From Felis catus (taxonomy: Eukaryota), in contig NC_058368.1 of assembly GCF_018350175.1 (NCBI RefSeq), positions 65,722,001 to 65,786,000 of the forward strand: a stretch of 64,000 bases of DNA, given 5' to 3'. The notes beneath the pieces are model-generated. The model saw only the letters and a list, made by a program, of their open reading frames with translations, had not been told where the DNA came from and did no database searches. Made by a program: the position numbers and the translations under genes. This document shows positions 1 through 12,918 of this stretch, one piece after another. Position 1 is the first letter of the stretch, and every line of letters starts with the position of its first letter.

Positions 1-226
1 AGTAACACAGGGAAGAAATAATGAAGTTTCAAATCTGGGCAGTGGCCGTGATGTGAGAGAAGGGGTAAGGCTATGTCTTATCTCCACCTTACTTCATTCA
101 CTGATCTTTGGTAGCTTTGTTTCCTTGACTAGTAAGGCGTTTCCATCTTTTCCTTTCTGAGTGTGGGATGAGATGGTAGACAAGAGAGCTGACTTCTTTT
201 TTTTTTTTTTATGACACTGCAATATA

Positions 227-449
227 TTTTTTTTTTAATTTTTTTTCAACGTTTATTTATTTTTGGGACAGAGAGAGACAGAGCATGAACGGGGGAGGGG
301 CAGAGAGAGAGGGAGACACAGAATCGGAAACAGGCTCCAGGCTCTGAGCCATCAGCCCAGAGCCCGATGCGGGGCTCGAACTCACGGACCACAAGATCGT
401 GACCTGGCTGAAGTCGGACGCTTAACCGACTGCACCACCCAGGCGCCCC
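227..449 (-). mobile_element. Can-SINE, young SINEC_Fc-type
   Basis: Reverse complement of GGGGCGCCTGGGTGG...CAGTCGGTTAAGCGTCCGACTTCAGCCAGGTCACGATC head, (CT)n region and A-rich tail. Confidence 0.95.
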
Positions 450-1397
450 AATTTTTTATTGAAACCCCAGAAGTAGATGTTCTTAAAAAACTGAAGCTAA
501 TTTGGTTATAGATATTCTAATAGATACTTGACAACTTCCAGAACTTACATGAATAGATGGAGGACATTTGGTAATTTTTGTTATTTCTGCTCTATGAAAA
601 GTATTTACTGCTGATGTATGCAATTAAATTGCATAACATGGGATTTTTGTGTACAAGTTTGTGAATGCTTGTCGAAGTGATTAAGGAAGATATGGGGAGA
701 GCCATCAATAAAAACTGGAGGCAATAATATACAAAAATCAATTTGGATGTCCTGTGGTAGTAAATAAAACTTCATTATATTACGTGACTGGAAGAACTAA
801 ATTCATATATCTATATATGTTACCTAGAGTGGTAAAACAAGCTCATGGAATCAATGAGAAATTGATATTTGGTAATTTATCATAGCAATTTCAATGTTTC
901 TTCAGGGGATTTTATGAAGGCAACCTGCTTTAAAAATATTTCATAAGGCAAGAAGTGTTCAAAGTATGAGCTGAATTATTGGGAATTATAGACAATGCTT
1001 AATTTTCTTGAACTTTTAACTTACTGATACCTAAAGATATCATGATGCCTTGTGCTGCTAACCAGATTAGTTTATTGCCTTTATCTGTTGATATATACTA
1101 CAGGTTTCATTGATTTTTAGCTGTGCTGTCCCTGCTAGATGCATTTTTCTATTTTCTTTTGACTTTAACTTTTAGCACCCTTTTTGACAGCCACTTAATT
1201 GTATTGATTTTTCCTGAGTCAGTTATAATTTAGAGAAGAACATTTTAGTATATTTTGTTTAGAAAATGTTGGCCTTATTGACTTATTAACAGCAATACTC
1301 TGAAAAGTTTAGCTACAAATGTTGCTAATTAAGTGAGCAGACACCCCAAGTAATGGACAGAAAGGATTAAAAGGATTATTCCAAACTCATTATTTTC

Positions 1398-1655
1398 GGA
1401 GGGTGTCCCTGGGAGAAAGACTCAGAAGATGAAAACATGTTTGCGGTAAATTTACTGGGCAGTGATTTCAGAATCAGCCCCATTGGAAGTGGTGAAGGCT
1501 TGGTTGCCAGGGAGGGGGTGACCTGTGGTTGGCCTCAGGTGATCCCATTGAGTGCTGTGAGCTGGAATAGCCCTTCCAGACTTGAGGTAAGGGGCTGAGC
1601 CTTCATCCCTTCATACCAACCAGTCCTTGTACACCTGCTGCCCCTGGGGCCTGGC
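1398..1655. mobile_element. Degenerate ERVL LTR fragment (LTR16/LTR33-like)
   Basis: Resembles recalled LTR16 consensus (gagctggaatagcccttc...gaggtaaggggctgagccttcat...accagtc...gctgcccc). Confidence 0.5.
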
Positions 1656-1979
1656 CTTGAACATTCACCTTCCAGTTGGATTTCAGCTGCCGGCATTCCC
1701 TACAACTGGGAGGCATAAACACTTGTGTCTGGGTGGCCTACAACAGCATCCCCTACATTCAGAGTTACGTATGTCTACAAAAAAACAACTTCTTTCAGAA
1801 AGGACATTCAATTTTAGGTATTAAATATTCCTTAGTATTTGAAACATTTGGTATTTAGATATCTATTTGTTGGCAGGATTTGAAAGTTTCCTTTGTTAAA
1901 ACTTACCTTCGGAAATGATAGGAAAAGGCATCGTCTATGTACTAAAGTTTTCACTGCCATATAACTCTGAAAAATCACT

Positions 1980-2180
1980 TTTTAAAAAACATTTATTTAG
2001 TTTGTGTGAGAAAGAGTTTCAGCAGAGGAGAGACAGAGAGAGGGAGACAGAAAAGCCCAAGCAGGCTTTGCATGCCAGTGTGGAGCCCAATGCGGGGCTC
2101 ACACTCACAAACTGTGAGATCATGACCCAAGCTGAAACTAAGAGTCAGATGCTTAACTTACTGAGTCACCCAGGCGCCCC
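1980..2180 (-). mobile_element. Can-SINE, older
   Basis: ctgagtcacccaggcgcccc end; imperfect TSD tgaaaaatcac/tgagaaatcac. Confidence 0.9.
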
Positions 2181-3054
2181 TGAGAAATCACATTTAGCAT
2201 CAAGAAGTGGTCCATAACAGTATATCAGGGTAAATAAATGTGGGATTTAGTTCTTTTACTGGCAGCCAAGAGAAGGTATCCAGCTCTGTTCATTGCCAAC
2301 CATGAAAAAGTTATTGGTAGTTAAGAAAGTAAATATAGGAAATACTCAATATGATATCAGATTTTGGTATTTCCTCTTTAATATTGCTCTTGAGTATTTA
2401 ATAATCCCCCTAAACACTTAACTTCTCTTTCCAAAATTTTTGTTTTCAAAATTAGTCTTGTCAGAGAAGTTCTTTATGTGCCTTGTCATGATGAAGAATT
2501 TATATTTTAGGTATATGAATATTTAAAAGGATGAGTCATTTTAATTGGGACTTCATCTGTGTTTAAGAATTACCTTTGGTATGGAGCAAGGCTAACGTAT
2601 TTATCCTTCTTGGAGTCCACTGGTGTGGTACTTAAAACATCAGTTGTCAAAAGGCCTGGGTTCTGTCCATATTCTACCTTCAGTTTCTTTAGCTATCAGA
2701 ACTACTGTTTATATTTTGCCTTGAAGTGTTATTTATATTTCCTACATGCATGTTGTATTTACCCAGTTAAGCTATATATTCCTTTTGAGTCAAATTGTGT
2801 CTTCTTTGTAGGAAAATGCTACTGTACATCTTGGATACTCCATAATTATGGTTGGAGGGTTTGGGGTCTATTACTTTCGACCTCTTTACTCTCAATTTTC
2901 TACCTCAAAAATTTAAATGTGTTGTATACTACTTCACAGGATTTTTATAAAGGTTAAAATGGATGACATTTTCTGGTCACTTACATGTCATCTGAGGGTG
3001 GCAGGACAGAAAAGAGAAAGGATGTAAGTTCTTTATAATGGCACTGAACCTTTT

Positions 3055-3135
3055 AGGGGACTTTGTTTTCTTCACTGATTTATCTGCAGCTCCTAGAACA
3101 GTGCCTGGTAAGTAGCACTTCATAAATATATGCAT
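3055..3135 (+). mobile_element. L2 3' end fragment
   Basis: ttcactgatttatctgcagctcctagaacagtgcctgg...taaatat matches the recalled L2 terminus. Confidence 0.6.
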
Positions 3136-3215
3136 TCTAAACAAAATTTTTATTGCAGTTTAATGGAATATTTTATATGTTAAAAAAGAGTGGCATTTGA
3201 AACTTCCAACTGACT

Positions 3216-3442
3216 GGGGCGCCTGGGTGGCGCAGTCGGTTAAGCGTCCGACTTCAGCCAGGTCACGATCTCGCGGTCCGTGAGTTCGAGCCCCGCGTCG
3301 GGCTCTGGGCTGATGGCTCAGAGCCTGGAGCCTGTTTCCGATTCTGTGTCTCCCTCTCTCTCTGCCCCTCCCCTGTTCATGCTCTGTCTCTCTCTGTCCC
3401 AAAAATAAATAAACGTTGAAAAAAAAAATTAAAGAAAAAAAA
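3216..3442 (+). mobile_element. Can-SINE, young SINEC_Fc-type
   Basis: Canonical head with CpGs intact; TSD aaacttccaactga at 3200-3213 and 3443-3456. Confidence 0.97.
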
Positions 3443-3714
3443 AAACTTCCAACTGAGTTATTCAGTCTGAAAACATCACGTATGCCTAAATTGAAGAAGG
3501 AGGCATAGTTTGTACACATGAAAGACAAAATAAATCATGAAATATTTTATCATTTCTCCCATTCAATAAGAAGCCGTAAATGGTGACAAAGTCTTTTCTA
3601 GTATGCCAAATTATCAATTTATCTTAATTGAAAAAATATTGTATATCTGGTAGCAAATAATAAGTGTTTTGAAATTGACTTGTTATAATGAATATGGATT
3701 GTAAGATGCCTTGC

Positions 3715-3746
3715 TTTTTTTAAACAATTTTTAATGTTCATTTATT

Positions 3747-3803
<57 letters not shown>

Positions 3804-3962
3804 ACAAACAGGGGAGGGGCAGAAAGAGAGGGAGACACAGAATCCGAAGCAGGCTCCAGGCTCCGAGCTGTCAGCACAGAGCCGGATGCGGGGCTCCAAC
3901 CCACAAACTGCGAGATCGTGAGTGGATGTTGATGCTTAACCGACTGAGCCGCCCAGGCACCT
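3715..3962 (-). mobile_element. Can-SINE with expanded (GA)n
   Basis: SINE body, (GA)n at about 3750-3800, TSD gatgcctt. Confidence 0.92.
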
Positions 3963-4769
3963 GAGATGCCTTATCTTTCTAAGTGACTCCCACCCATTTG
4001 TCACTAACGTGAACTGTTTTAATCACAAAAGTGTGTTTTCTCCTTCATTTGAAACTCCCCACATGCTGTATATTATTCATTTTGAAAATGACAGCAACAG
4101 AGCTGCAGGCAGTCCAGTGACCTGAGTAGGGCTCAGCACCGCCAGGCTCTGGCTGTCCCAGGTGTCAGGTGCCAAGAGCGCGGAGAGGCTGTTGTCACAC
4201 CTCCCCCTTGGTGAGCTTGCCCATCGCGTAGCCTGCTCGCCAACTGCCTTCGATCCAGGCTCGGTGCCTGACAAACACTGTTCCAAATAATCGAGGCGGA
4301 CGCATTTCAATTTTGCCCTTACCCTTCTCCGCATGGAATGCCGGCTTTTTAGTTTTATTTTTTGGTACTGTGTTATTTCTAATTTCATATTGGCACCATG
4401 GAGCATGAAGTGCCAGGGGATGTATAAGCTTCACCTGCCACTTAAAATTAATTACGAAACACCTCATTTAACATTATAAACACGTTACTCTGTTTCATGT
4501 GCTTGAAATTTTATTTTGAAATGTGGGTGTCCTCTGCCACTTAGCTTAATTGGTTAGATTCTGGTGCTGATGAGCCTGGAGTTGCTCGTTCATTCTCCGT
4601 AAGGTCAGATTCGTTCCCCGTAGATTAAAAAAAAAATCAGCTTTTTTAGAAAATACTTTTTATACAGTTGCCAATTAAGTGACATTTTATATGTTATGAA
4701 AAATATTTTCTCGGGCTTTCTTCTTTGAGCTTCGCAACATGCCCAGGAGAAAAGGTTGAGAAGTATTTT

Positions 4770-4868
4770 CATTTCTAGTCTCGCCTTAGAGATGAGGAAA
4801 TCGATGCTTAATGAGATTGATTGATTTGACCCAGCCAGGAATTTTCTAGGCCAGGTTCTCGGACTTTA
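4770..4868 (-). mobile_element. MIR fragment interrupted by a SINE
   Basis: agagatgaggaaatcgatgct...ccaggttctcggact resembles the MIR core in reverse. Confidence 0.5.
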
Positions 4869-5088
4869 TTTTAATTTTTTTTTTTCAACGTTTATTTATT
4901 TTTTGGGACAGAGAGAGACAGAGCATGAACGGGGGAGGGGCAGAGAGAGAGGGAGACACAGAATCGGAAACAGGCTCCAGGCTCCGAGCCATCAGCCCAG
5001 AGCCCGACGCGGGGCTCGAACTCACGGACCGCGAGATCGTGACCTGGCTGAAGTCGGACGCTCAACCGACTGCGCCACCCAGGCCCCC
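4869..5088 (-). mobile_element. Can-SINE, young SINEC_Fc-type
   Basis: Perfect 18-bp TSD ccaggttctcggacttta at 4851-4868 and 5089-5106. Confidence 0.97.
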
Positions 5089-5407
5089 CCAGGTTCTCGG
5101 ACTTTAAATTGTATGCTCTGTCTTCTCTGTTCTGCTACATAGCAACTCAAAAACTGAGGTCTGATTTTCACATGATTTATTTGTCCCAGAAGCGGCAGAC
5201 ATTGGTTACTTTGCTCTCATTGCCGGACAAGTTGAATAGCAATTTGCAAAGTTTCTGTGCCTCTCACACCACGCCAGAGAGGATTGCAGAACTTTGTTAA
5301 CCCCCTCCCTCATGACGGTCATACATTGCATCAATCTAAATAATGCAACCAAGTTTCTTCACCATCTTTATTTATGGCATGTAACCAGAATTAAGAATCA
5401 AAGTTCT

Positions 5408-5621
5408 GGAGCGCCTGGGTGGCTCAGTCGGTTAAAGGGTTAGGCTCTGGTCATGATCTCGCGGTTTGTGGGTTCGAGCCCTGCATCGGGCTCTGTGCTG
5501 ACAACTCAGAACCTGGAGTCCGTTTCGGATTCCTTGTCTTCCTCTCTTTCTGCCCTCCCCTGCTCTCTCACTCTGTCTCTCTCTCTTTCAAAAATAAATA
5601 AACATTAAAAAAAAATTTTTA
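5408..5621 (+). mobile_element. Can-SINE
   Basis: Head ggagcgcctgggtggctcag; TSD aagaatcaaaa(g)ttctg. Confidence 0.93.
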
Positions 5622-6447
5622 AAGAATCAAAATTCTGATACTGCTAAAGAAAGGGTTCTGAATCAAGAGAATCTCGACTTAATGGTTGCATCATGTTATA
5701 GATTTGTTTTAACATCAAAATAAAATAAATGTTTGTTAAGTTGTCCTGCTCTCATTGTGATGATATTCTTTGGCTAGCTTGAACTGAAGGGTGCTTAGAG
5801 CTTCCCTGCTCCCCTAGGCGAGATGGAGATGAGTGGGGGCCGTGGGAGACTCCCTTGTGCTCCGTGCTTCCCTGATAACCGTCTCATGGGATTGAAACAC
5901 ATTCGAAGCTATTTCAGGCAGGTAATATTGGTTCAGCATAAATGAAGCTGCAGGAAAGGGAAATGGTTTTACATAAAATATAAGGGCATGCATGAGATTT
6001 GGTGAGAAAGAAAAATACTACATCCTCTGCTACCATAAACTATGTCGAACATTTTCATTTTTGTCAAAATGGGTACATACATTGTAAATCATTCTTTTTT
6101 TGTTAGGAATTGTTAAAGTAATCATGCATGAGTAAAAACTTAAGTTTTCAAATGTTTTATTCAACTGATGCATCCTTCATTTTCTTTTAAAGTGATGAAT
6201 ATTAACAGAGTTTGAGTGTTCAACAAAAGACACTTTAGAAAATCCTCTCTCTCTCTCTCTCCAATTAAGTGAAGGGTGATAGTTTTGATGAATAACTTCT
6301 GTTTGCAACAGTCTGTCTTGTATGGTCACTAACAGTGATCTAAACATTTTTGGATGGAGAAGAACCAACCATGTGATGCCATTGAGTATTTTACAACATA
6401 TATAACATTTTATTTCTCTGAGCTCACATACAATAAATAAGAGTGTT

Positions 6448-6624
6448 GGGGCACCTCGGTGACTCAGTCAGTTAAGTGTCCGACTTCAGCTCAGGTCATG
6501 ATCTCCTGGTTCATGGGTTTGAGCCCCACATTGGGCTCTGTGCCTACAGCTTGGAGCCTGGAGCCTGCTTCAGATTCTGTGGGTGTATGTCTCTCCCTCT
6601 CTCTCTGCCCCTCCCTAGCTCATG

Positions 6625-6668
<44 letters not shown>

Positions 6669-6690
6669 AATAAATAAACATTAAAAAAAA
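6448..6690 (+). mobile_element. Can-SINE
   Basis: Head, (CT)n, aaaataaataaacatt tail; TSD agtgttg. Confidence 0.93.
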
Positions 6691-6917
6691 GTGTTGCAAA
6701 TACTGGATAATTCAGGCTACAAAGTGATTACATAATTAACCAAAATCATTTTTGTTAATCTAGAATTCTTTTCTGAAACTATCCTCATTTCTTAAATTTC
6801 AATTTTTTTTTTTTTGCTATATATGTGGAAAATAAATTTACTTCAGTAAGGAGGTAATGATGGCTAAGTGTAGGCACTGAAATGCTTTCCTGCTTGGTTT
6901 AAAATTGTTTTCTTATT

Positions 6918-7140
6918 GGGGCGCCTGGGTGGCGCAGTCGGTTAAGCATCAGACTTCAGCCAGGTCACGATCTCGCGGTCCGTGAGTTCGAGCCCCGCGT
7001 CGGGCTCTGGGCTGATGGCTCAGAGCCTGGAGCCTGTTTCTGATTCTGTGTCTCCCTCTCTCTCTGCCCCTCCCCCATTCATGCTCTGTCTCTCTCTGTC
7101 CCAAAAATAAATAAACGTTGAAAAAAAATTAAAAAAAAAA
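6918..7140 (+). mobile_element. Can-SINE, young SINEC_Fc-type
   Basis: Canonical head; TSD ttgttttcttat at 6905-6916 and 7142-7153. Confidence 0.96.
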
Positions 7141-7404
7141 TTTGTTTTCTTATAGCATTGTAACTATTCCCTTATTTGCTCTGCCCTCCTCACCTAGGGA
7201 CTCATACTCTTTTCTTTATCTTTCATTGTCTGGTCTTTAATAGACATTCAAGAAGTATTTGACAGGATCCAGCTTATGGCTGAGGACTGCAGATGAATAA
7301 GTCCCAGCACTTAAAGCATGTATATCCAGAATTGAACATTCAGACCAATTGATTGCCTGGAATTTTCTGAACTATATCAACTAGTGGTTATCAATGGTCT
7401 GTGT

Positions 7405-7600
7405 GGCAGGGTAGTTTGGGTTTAAGTGCTGGTGCCATTGCTTATTGGCCATGTGGCCTTGACTAATTTACGGAATCCCTCTGTGCCTCAGTTTTCTCAC
7501 TGAAACAATTTTTGTAAGGCTTGAACAGGTTAACGTATGTAAAGTACTTAAAATGCACCTAAGAAATTCTCAAGTATTAATATTACTTGTTGTTGTTATT
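7405..7600 (+). mobile_element. MIR
   Basis: Core ctctgtgcctcagttttctca...tatgtaaagtactta. Confidence 0.7.
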
Positions 7601-8285
7601 CAAGCTCGCTTTACTAGACCTCTCAAGAAGGTTCAAGGCTGCAGTGTATCAGAAGAAGAACTTGGCTCTACAGATACACTGGGTGGGCTTCAGAGCCCTG
7701 CTTGCTAGTTTGCATTTCTTCCACATACTATGGAACATTTCAAAGTCTTAACATTTCTGTTTGCTGATTTGTTTTGTTTTTGCCTTTGTTTTCTAGATTA
7801 ACTCATTTTCTCAAGAAAGTCCTTAATAATATATGTACTTTGGGATGGGGTAAAAAATCCATTCCCTAAAAGTCATTAATTGCTATAAATTTATCATTTA
7901 TCAAGCAATAGGGATTAGGAGACAACTTTGCTTTGAGAAGAGTGAAGAGGCATAGGATAGAGAATAGGGCGATAGATCCTGAGTGGCCAGAAGAAAGGAC
8001 TGAATCCAGCAATCAGGACAAGGGAGAAGAGAGACCAGAAACAAGGAAAAATTGAGAGAAACATATGGATTTTATTAGTGCTTAGAAGGCCCTCTCTCAT
8101 TGCATCATTATAAAAACCAATGAATTGGGCAATTTGTCAGCAGTGTGCACTCAGAATTACCGTATGATCCAACAATCTGAATCCAAGGTATCTATCCAGA
8201 AGAATTAAAAGCAAGATTTGAACAGATCCATGTATTCTAATCTTCATAGTAGCAATATTCATAAAAGATAAAAGGTTGGGGAGAT

Positions 8286-8498
8286 GGGGCACCTGGGTGG
8301 CTCAGTCGGTTGAGCGACCGACTTCGGCTCAGGTCAGGATCTCGCGGTTTGTGAGTTCAAGCCCTGTGTCAGGCTCTGTGCTGACAGCTCAGAGCCTGGA
8401 GCCTGCTTAGGATTCTGTGTCTCCCTCTCTCTCTGCCCTTCCCCCACTCATGCTCTGTCTCTCTCTGTCTCAGAAATAAACATAACAAAAAATTTTTA
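8286..8498 (+). mobile_element. Can-SINE
   Basis: TSD aaagataaaaggttgggg on both sides. Confidence 0.94.
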
Positions 8499-8565
8499 AA
8501 AAAGATAAAAGGTTGGGGAGAAAAACAAGTGTTTGTTAATAGGTGAATAGATAAACTATTGTGAG

Positions 8566-8575
8566 TATATCTATC

Positions 8576-8612
<37 letters not shown>
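8566..8612. repeat. (CTAT)n microsatellite
   Basis: Direct reading. Confidence 0.95.
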
Positions 8613-8613
<1 letters not shown>

Positions 8614-10235
8614 GATACAGAGAGAGATAGATATACACACTGAAATATTCTTCAGCCATAAAATGGTATTAAATTCTGATACATGCTACAATACAGATGC
8701 ATGTATGGCTCTCTGCACCGTGATACAGAGGCAGCCAGACACAGAGGACAAATGTTGTATCATTACATTTACCAGAAGTACATAGAATGAGCAAATTCAT
8801 AGAGACAGAAGGTAAAAGAGAGGTTACCAGGTGCAGGGATGTTGGTCACTTATTGACCAATAGATACACAGTTTCAGTTTTGGCAGAAGAAAAAGTTCTA
8901 GAAATAGGGATGATGGGCTGCAAAACACTGTGAATGCACTTAATTCACACAAACACTGTGAATTATAGGCTTAAAAATGGTTACTATAGTACATTTAATG
9001 TTATATATACTTTACTACAATGAAAAAAGAAATCCAGTGAGGTTTGCTTTTTCTCCACTGTACAAAGAGTGTATGGGACTCGCCCAAGGGAACCTAGCTC
9101 ATTTTCATTTCTGCTCTGCAATGAGCTTCTATTCAAATGTCAGATTCATTTCAAAAGTTTCTTTTCTTTTTCTCAGGTTTTTTTTTTAATTTTAATTCCA
9201 GTTAGTGAACATACCGTGTTATATTGGTTTCAGATGTACGATATAGTGACTCAACACTTCCATACCTCACACAGTGCTCATCGCAATAAGTGCACTCTTT
9301 AATCCCCATCACCCATTTCCTCACCTGCCTCCCCTCTGGTAACCATCAGTTCTCTATAGTTGAGTCTTTTTCTTGGTTTGTCTCTCTTTCTCCCTTTTCT
9401 TTTCCCTTTACTAGTTTGTTTTGTTTCTTAAATCCCACTTATGGGTGAAATCATATGGAATTGATCTTTCTCTCACTTATACTCTGTAGCTCCATCCATG
9501 TCATCGCAAAAGGTAAGATTTAATTATTTTTTATGGCTGAATAATATTCTAGTGTGTGTCTATTATCACCTCATCTTTATCCATTCATCAGTCAATGAAC
9601 ACTCGGGCTGCTTCCCTATCTATAGACATAGTGGTGCGCCTTTCCCTTTGAATTAGTGTTTCTGTATTCTTTTGGTAAATACTCAGTAGTGTGATTGCTG
9701 GATCATAGGATTGTTCTATTTTTAAATTTTGAGAAATCTTCATAGTCTTATAAAATGGCTGTATCAGTTTCCATTCCCACAGGCAGTATAAGAGGGTTCC
9801 TTTTTCTTCCACATCCTCACCAACACCTGTTTTTTCTTGTGTTGCTGATTTTAACCATTCTGACAGGTGTGAGGAGATATCTCATTATAGTTTTCATATT
9901 CATTTCCCTAATCATGAGTGATGAAGAGCATCTTTTCATTTGTCTGTTGGCCATCTGTTTGTCTTCTTTGGAAAGATATCTGTTCATATCTTCTGTCCAT
10001 TTTTAATGGGATTATTTGTTTTGTGTGTGTGTTGAGTTTTGTAAGTTCTTGTATAGCTTGGATATTAACCCTTTATTGGGTGTGTTATTTGCAAATATCT
10101 TCTCCCATTCTATAGATTGCCTTTTAATTTTGTTCATTGTTTCCTTCATTGTGCAAAAGTTTTTTTTTTTCCTTTTGATGTAGTTCCAATAGTTTATTTT
10201 TGTTTTTGTTTCCCTTGCCTCAGGGGACCTATTTT

Positions 10236-10877
10236 TTTTATGAATATAATTTATTGTCAGATTGACTTACATACAACACCCGGTGCTCATCCCAACATGT
10301 GCCCTCCTCAATGCCCATCACCCACTTTCCCCTCTCCCCCACTCCCCCATCCACCCTCGGTTTGTTCTCTGTATTTAAGAGTCTCTTGTGGTTTGCCTCC
10401 CTCCCTCTCTGTTTGTAACTATTTTTCCCCCTTCCCTTCCCCCATTGTCTTCTGTTCAGTGTCTTAAAATCCACATATGAATGAAAACATATGATATCTG
10501 TCCTTCTCTAACTGACTTATTTCACTCAGCATAATACCTTCCAGTTCCATCCATGTTACTGCAAATGGCATGATTTCATTCTTTGTCATTGCCATTAGTA
10601 TTTCATTGTATATATAAACCACAACTCCTTTATCCATTCATCAGTTGATGGACATTTAGGCTCTTTCCATAATTTGGCTATTGTTGAAAGTGCTGCTATA
10701 AACATTAGGGTACACATGCCCCTATGCATCAGCACTCCTATATCCCTTGGTTAAATTCCTAGTAGTGCTATTGCTGGGTCATAGGGTAATTCTATTTTTA
10801 ATTTTTTCAGAAACCTCCACACTGTTTTCCAGAGAGGCTGCACCAGTTTGCATTCCCACCAACAGTGCAAGAGGGTT
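10236..10877 (-). mobile_element. Younger 5'-truncated L1 3' fragment nested in the L1
   Basis: Second L1 3'UTR and ORF2 tail ([40 protein letters not shown]); TSD ctcagg(g)gacctatttt at 10219-10235 and 10878-10893. Confidence 0.92.
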
Positions 10878-11984
10878 CTCAGGGACCTATTTTGAACAAC
10901 TGTTCTATGGCCAATGTCAGAAAAGTTACTCCTTGTACTCTCTTTTAGGATTTTTATGGTTTCAGGTCTCACATTTAGGTTTTTAATCTATTTTGAATTT
11001 ACTTTTGTTTATGATGTTAAGAAGGTGTTCCAGTTTCATTCTTTTGTATGTTGCTGTGCAGTTTTCCCAACACCATTTGTGGAAGAGACTTTCTTTTTCC
11101 CATTGGATATTTTTTCCTGCTTTGTTGAAGATTAGTTGGCCATATAGTTGTGGGTTTTTTTTTTTTTAATTCTGTTTCATTGATCTATGTGTCTGCTTCT
11201 GTGCCAGCACCATACTGCTTTGATCACTAGAGCGATGTAATATAGTGTGAAGTCTGAGACTGTGGTACCACCAGCTTGGCTTTTCTTTTTCAACATTGCT
11301 TTAGCCATTCATGACCTTTTGTGGTTTCATACAAATTTTTAGGATTATTTGTTTCAGTTTGGTAAAAAGTGCTGTTGGTATTTTGATAAGAATTGCGTTG
11401 AATGTATAGATTTCTTTGGGTAGAATAGACATTTTACAATATTTGTTCTTCCAATCCATGAGCATGGAATATCTTTTCATTTCTTTTTGTCAGTATTTTA
11501 TAGTTTTCAGAGTACAGGTGTTTCACCTCTTTCATTAGATGTATTCCTAAGTATCTAATTCTTTTCAGTAATTGTAAATGGGATTTTTAAAATAATGTAT
11601 AGTCCTGCTGTTTTCTAATTGGTGTATAGAAATGCAAAATATTTCTGTAGATTGTTTTTGTATCCTGAGACTTAACTGAATTGATCAGTTTTAGCAGTTT
11701 TTTTGGTGGAGTCCTTTGGATTTTCTACATATATATTATCATGTCCTTTGCAAATAGTGAAAATTTTACTTCTTTCTTACCAATTGGAATGCCTTTTATT
11801 TCTTTCTCTTGTGTGACTGCTACGGCTAGAACTTCCAGTACTATGTTCAATAACAGCATGAGAGTGGACATCCTTGTCTTGTACCTGACCTTATGGAGAA
11901 GGTTCTCAGTTTTTCCCCACTGAGGATGTTGTTACATATGACTTTTCATATATGGCCTATATTTTGTTGCAGTGGGTTCCTTCT

Positions 11985-12165
11985 TTTTATATATATATAT
12001 ATATATATGAAATTTATTGACAAATTGGTTTCCATACAATACCCAGTGCTCATCCCAAAAGGTGCCCTCCTCAATACCCATCACCCACCCTCTCCTCCCT
12101 CCCACCTCCCATCAACCCTCAGTTTGTTCTCAGTTTTTAACAGTCTCTTATGCTTTGGCTCTCTC
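11985..12165 (-). mobile_element. Short L1 3'UTR fragment nested in the L1
   Basis: Perfect 16-bp TSD gcagtgggttccttct at 11969-11984 and 12166-12181; tail partly (TA)n. Confidence 0.92.
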
Positions 12166-12858
12166 GCAGTGGGTTCCTTCTAAATTTACTTTGTTGAGGT
12201 TTTTTTAAATCATGGTTGGATGTTGTACTTTGTAAAATGCTTATTCTGTGTCTATTGAAGTGGTACATCTGATTCTTATTCTTTTTCTTACTGATGTGAT
12301 GTATCATATCACATTGACTAACTTACAAATATTGAACCACCCTTGCAACCCAGGAACAAATCCCACTTGATCTTGGTAAATGATTCTTTTTAATGTATTG
12401 TTGGATTCAATTGTCTTCAGAGGTATTGGCCTGGAGTTCTCTTCTTTTGTGGTGCCTTAATCTCATTTTGGTATCAGGGTAGTGCTGGCCTCATAGAATG
12501 AATTTGGAAATTTTCCTTCATTTTCTATTTTTTGGAATAGCTTGAGAAGAATAGGTATTAACTCTTCTTTAAATATTTAGTAGAATTTGCCTATTAAGGC
12601 ATCCAGTCTTGAACTTTTGTTTGCTAAGAGTTTTTTGCTTACTGATTCCATTTCTTTGCTGGTAATTGGTCTGTTCAAACTTACTATTTCTTTCTGTTTC
12701 AGTTTTGGGAGATTATATGTTTCTAGGAATCTATCCATTTCTTCTGGATTGTCCAAATAATTGGCATCTGATTTTTCATAATTTTCTCTCTGATTATTTG
12801 TATTCCTGTGGTGTTGGTTATTTCTCCAGTCTCCTTTGAGATTCTAGTTATTTAAGTC

Positions 12859-12862
<4 letters not shown>

Positions 12863-12918
<56 letters not shown>
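12863..12918. repeat. (TA)n followed by poly(T)
   Basis: Direct reading. Confidence 0.95.

Larger units (their letters stand above)
8140..9030 (+). mobile_element. Old L1M 3' region, interrupted by a SINE and (CTAT)n
   Basis: cagaattaccgtatgatcc...gcaaattcatagagacagaa...aaaaagttctagaaat...ttatatatactttactacaat resembles L1MB-type 3' ends. Confidence 0.75.

Noticed and set aside
263..511. Recurrent ORFs of the type MGQRETEHERGRGRERGRHRIG... and MAQSVKRPTSAQV...
   Set aside because: Translations of Can-SINE copies, not a gene family.
2559..2957. 132-aa ORF
   Set aside because: Non-ATG start, AT-rich F/L/Y/C composition, no recognisable domain or convincing splice sites.
4323..4434. Possible minus-strand exon ending in AGG|gtaagg
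   Set aside because: Acceptor lacks a polypyrimidine tract; peptide unrecognised.
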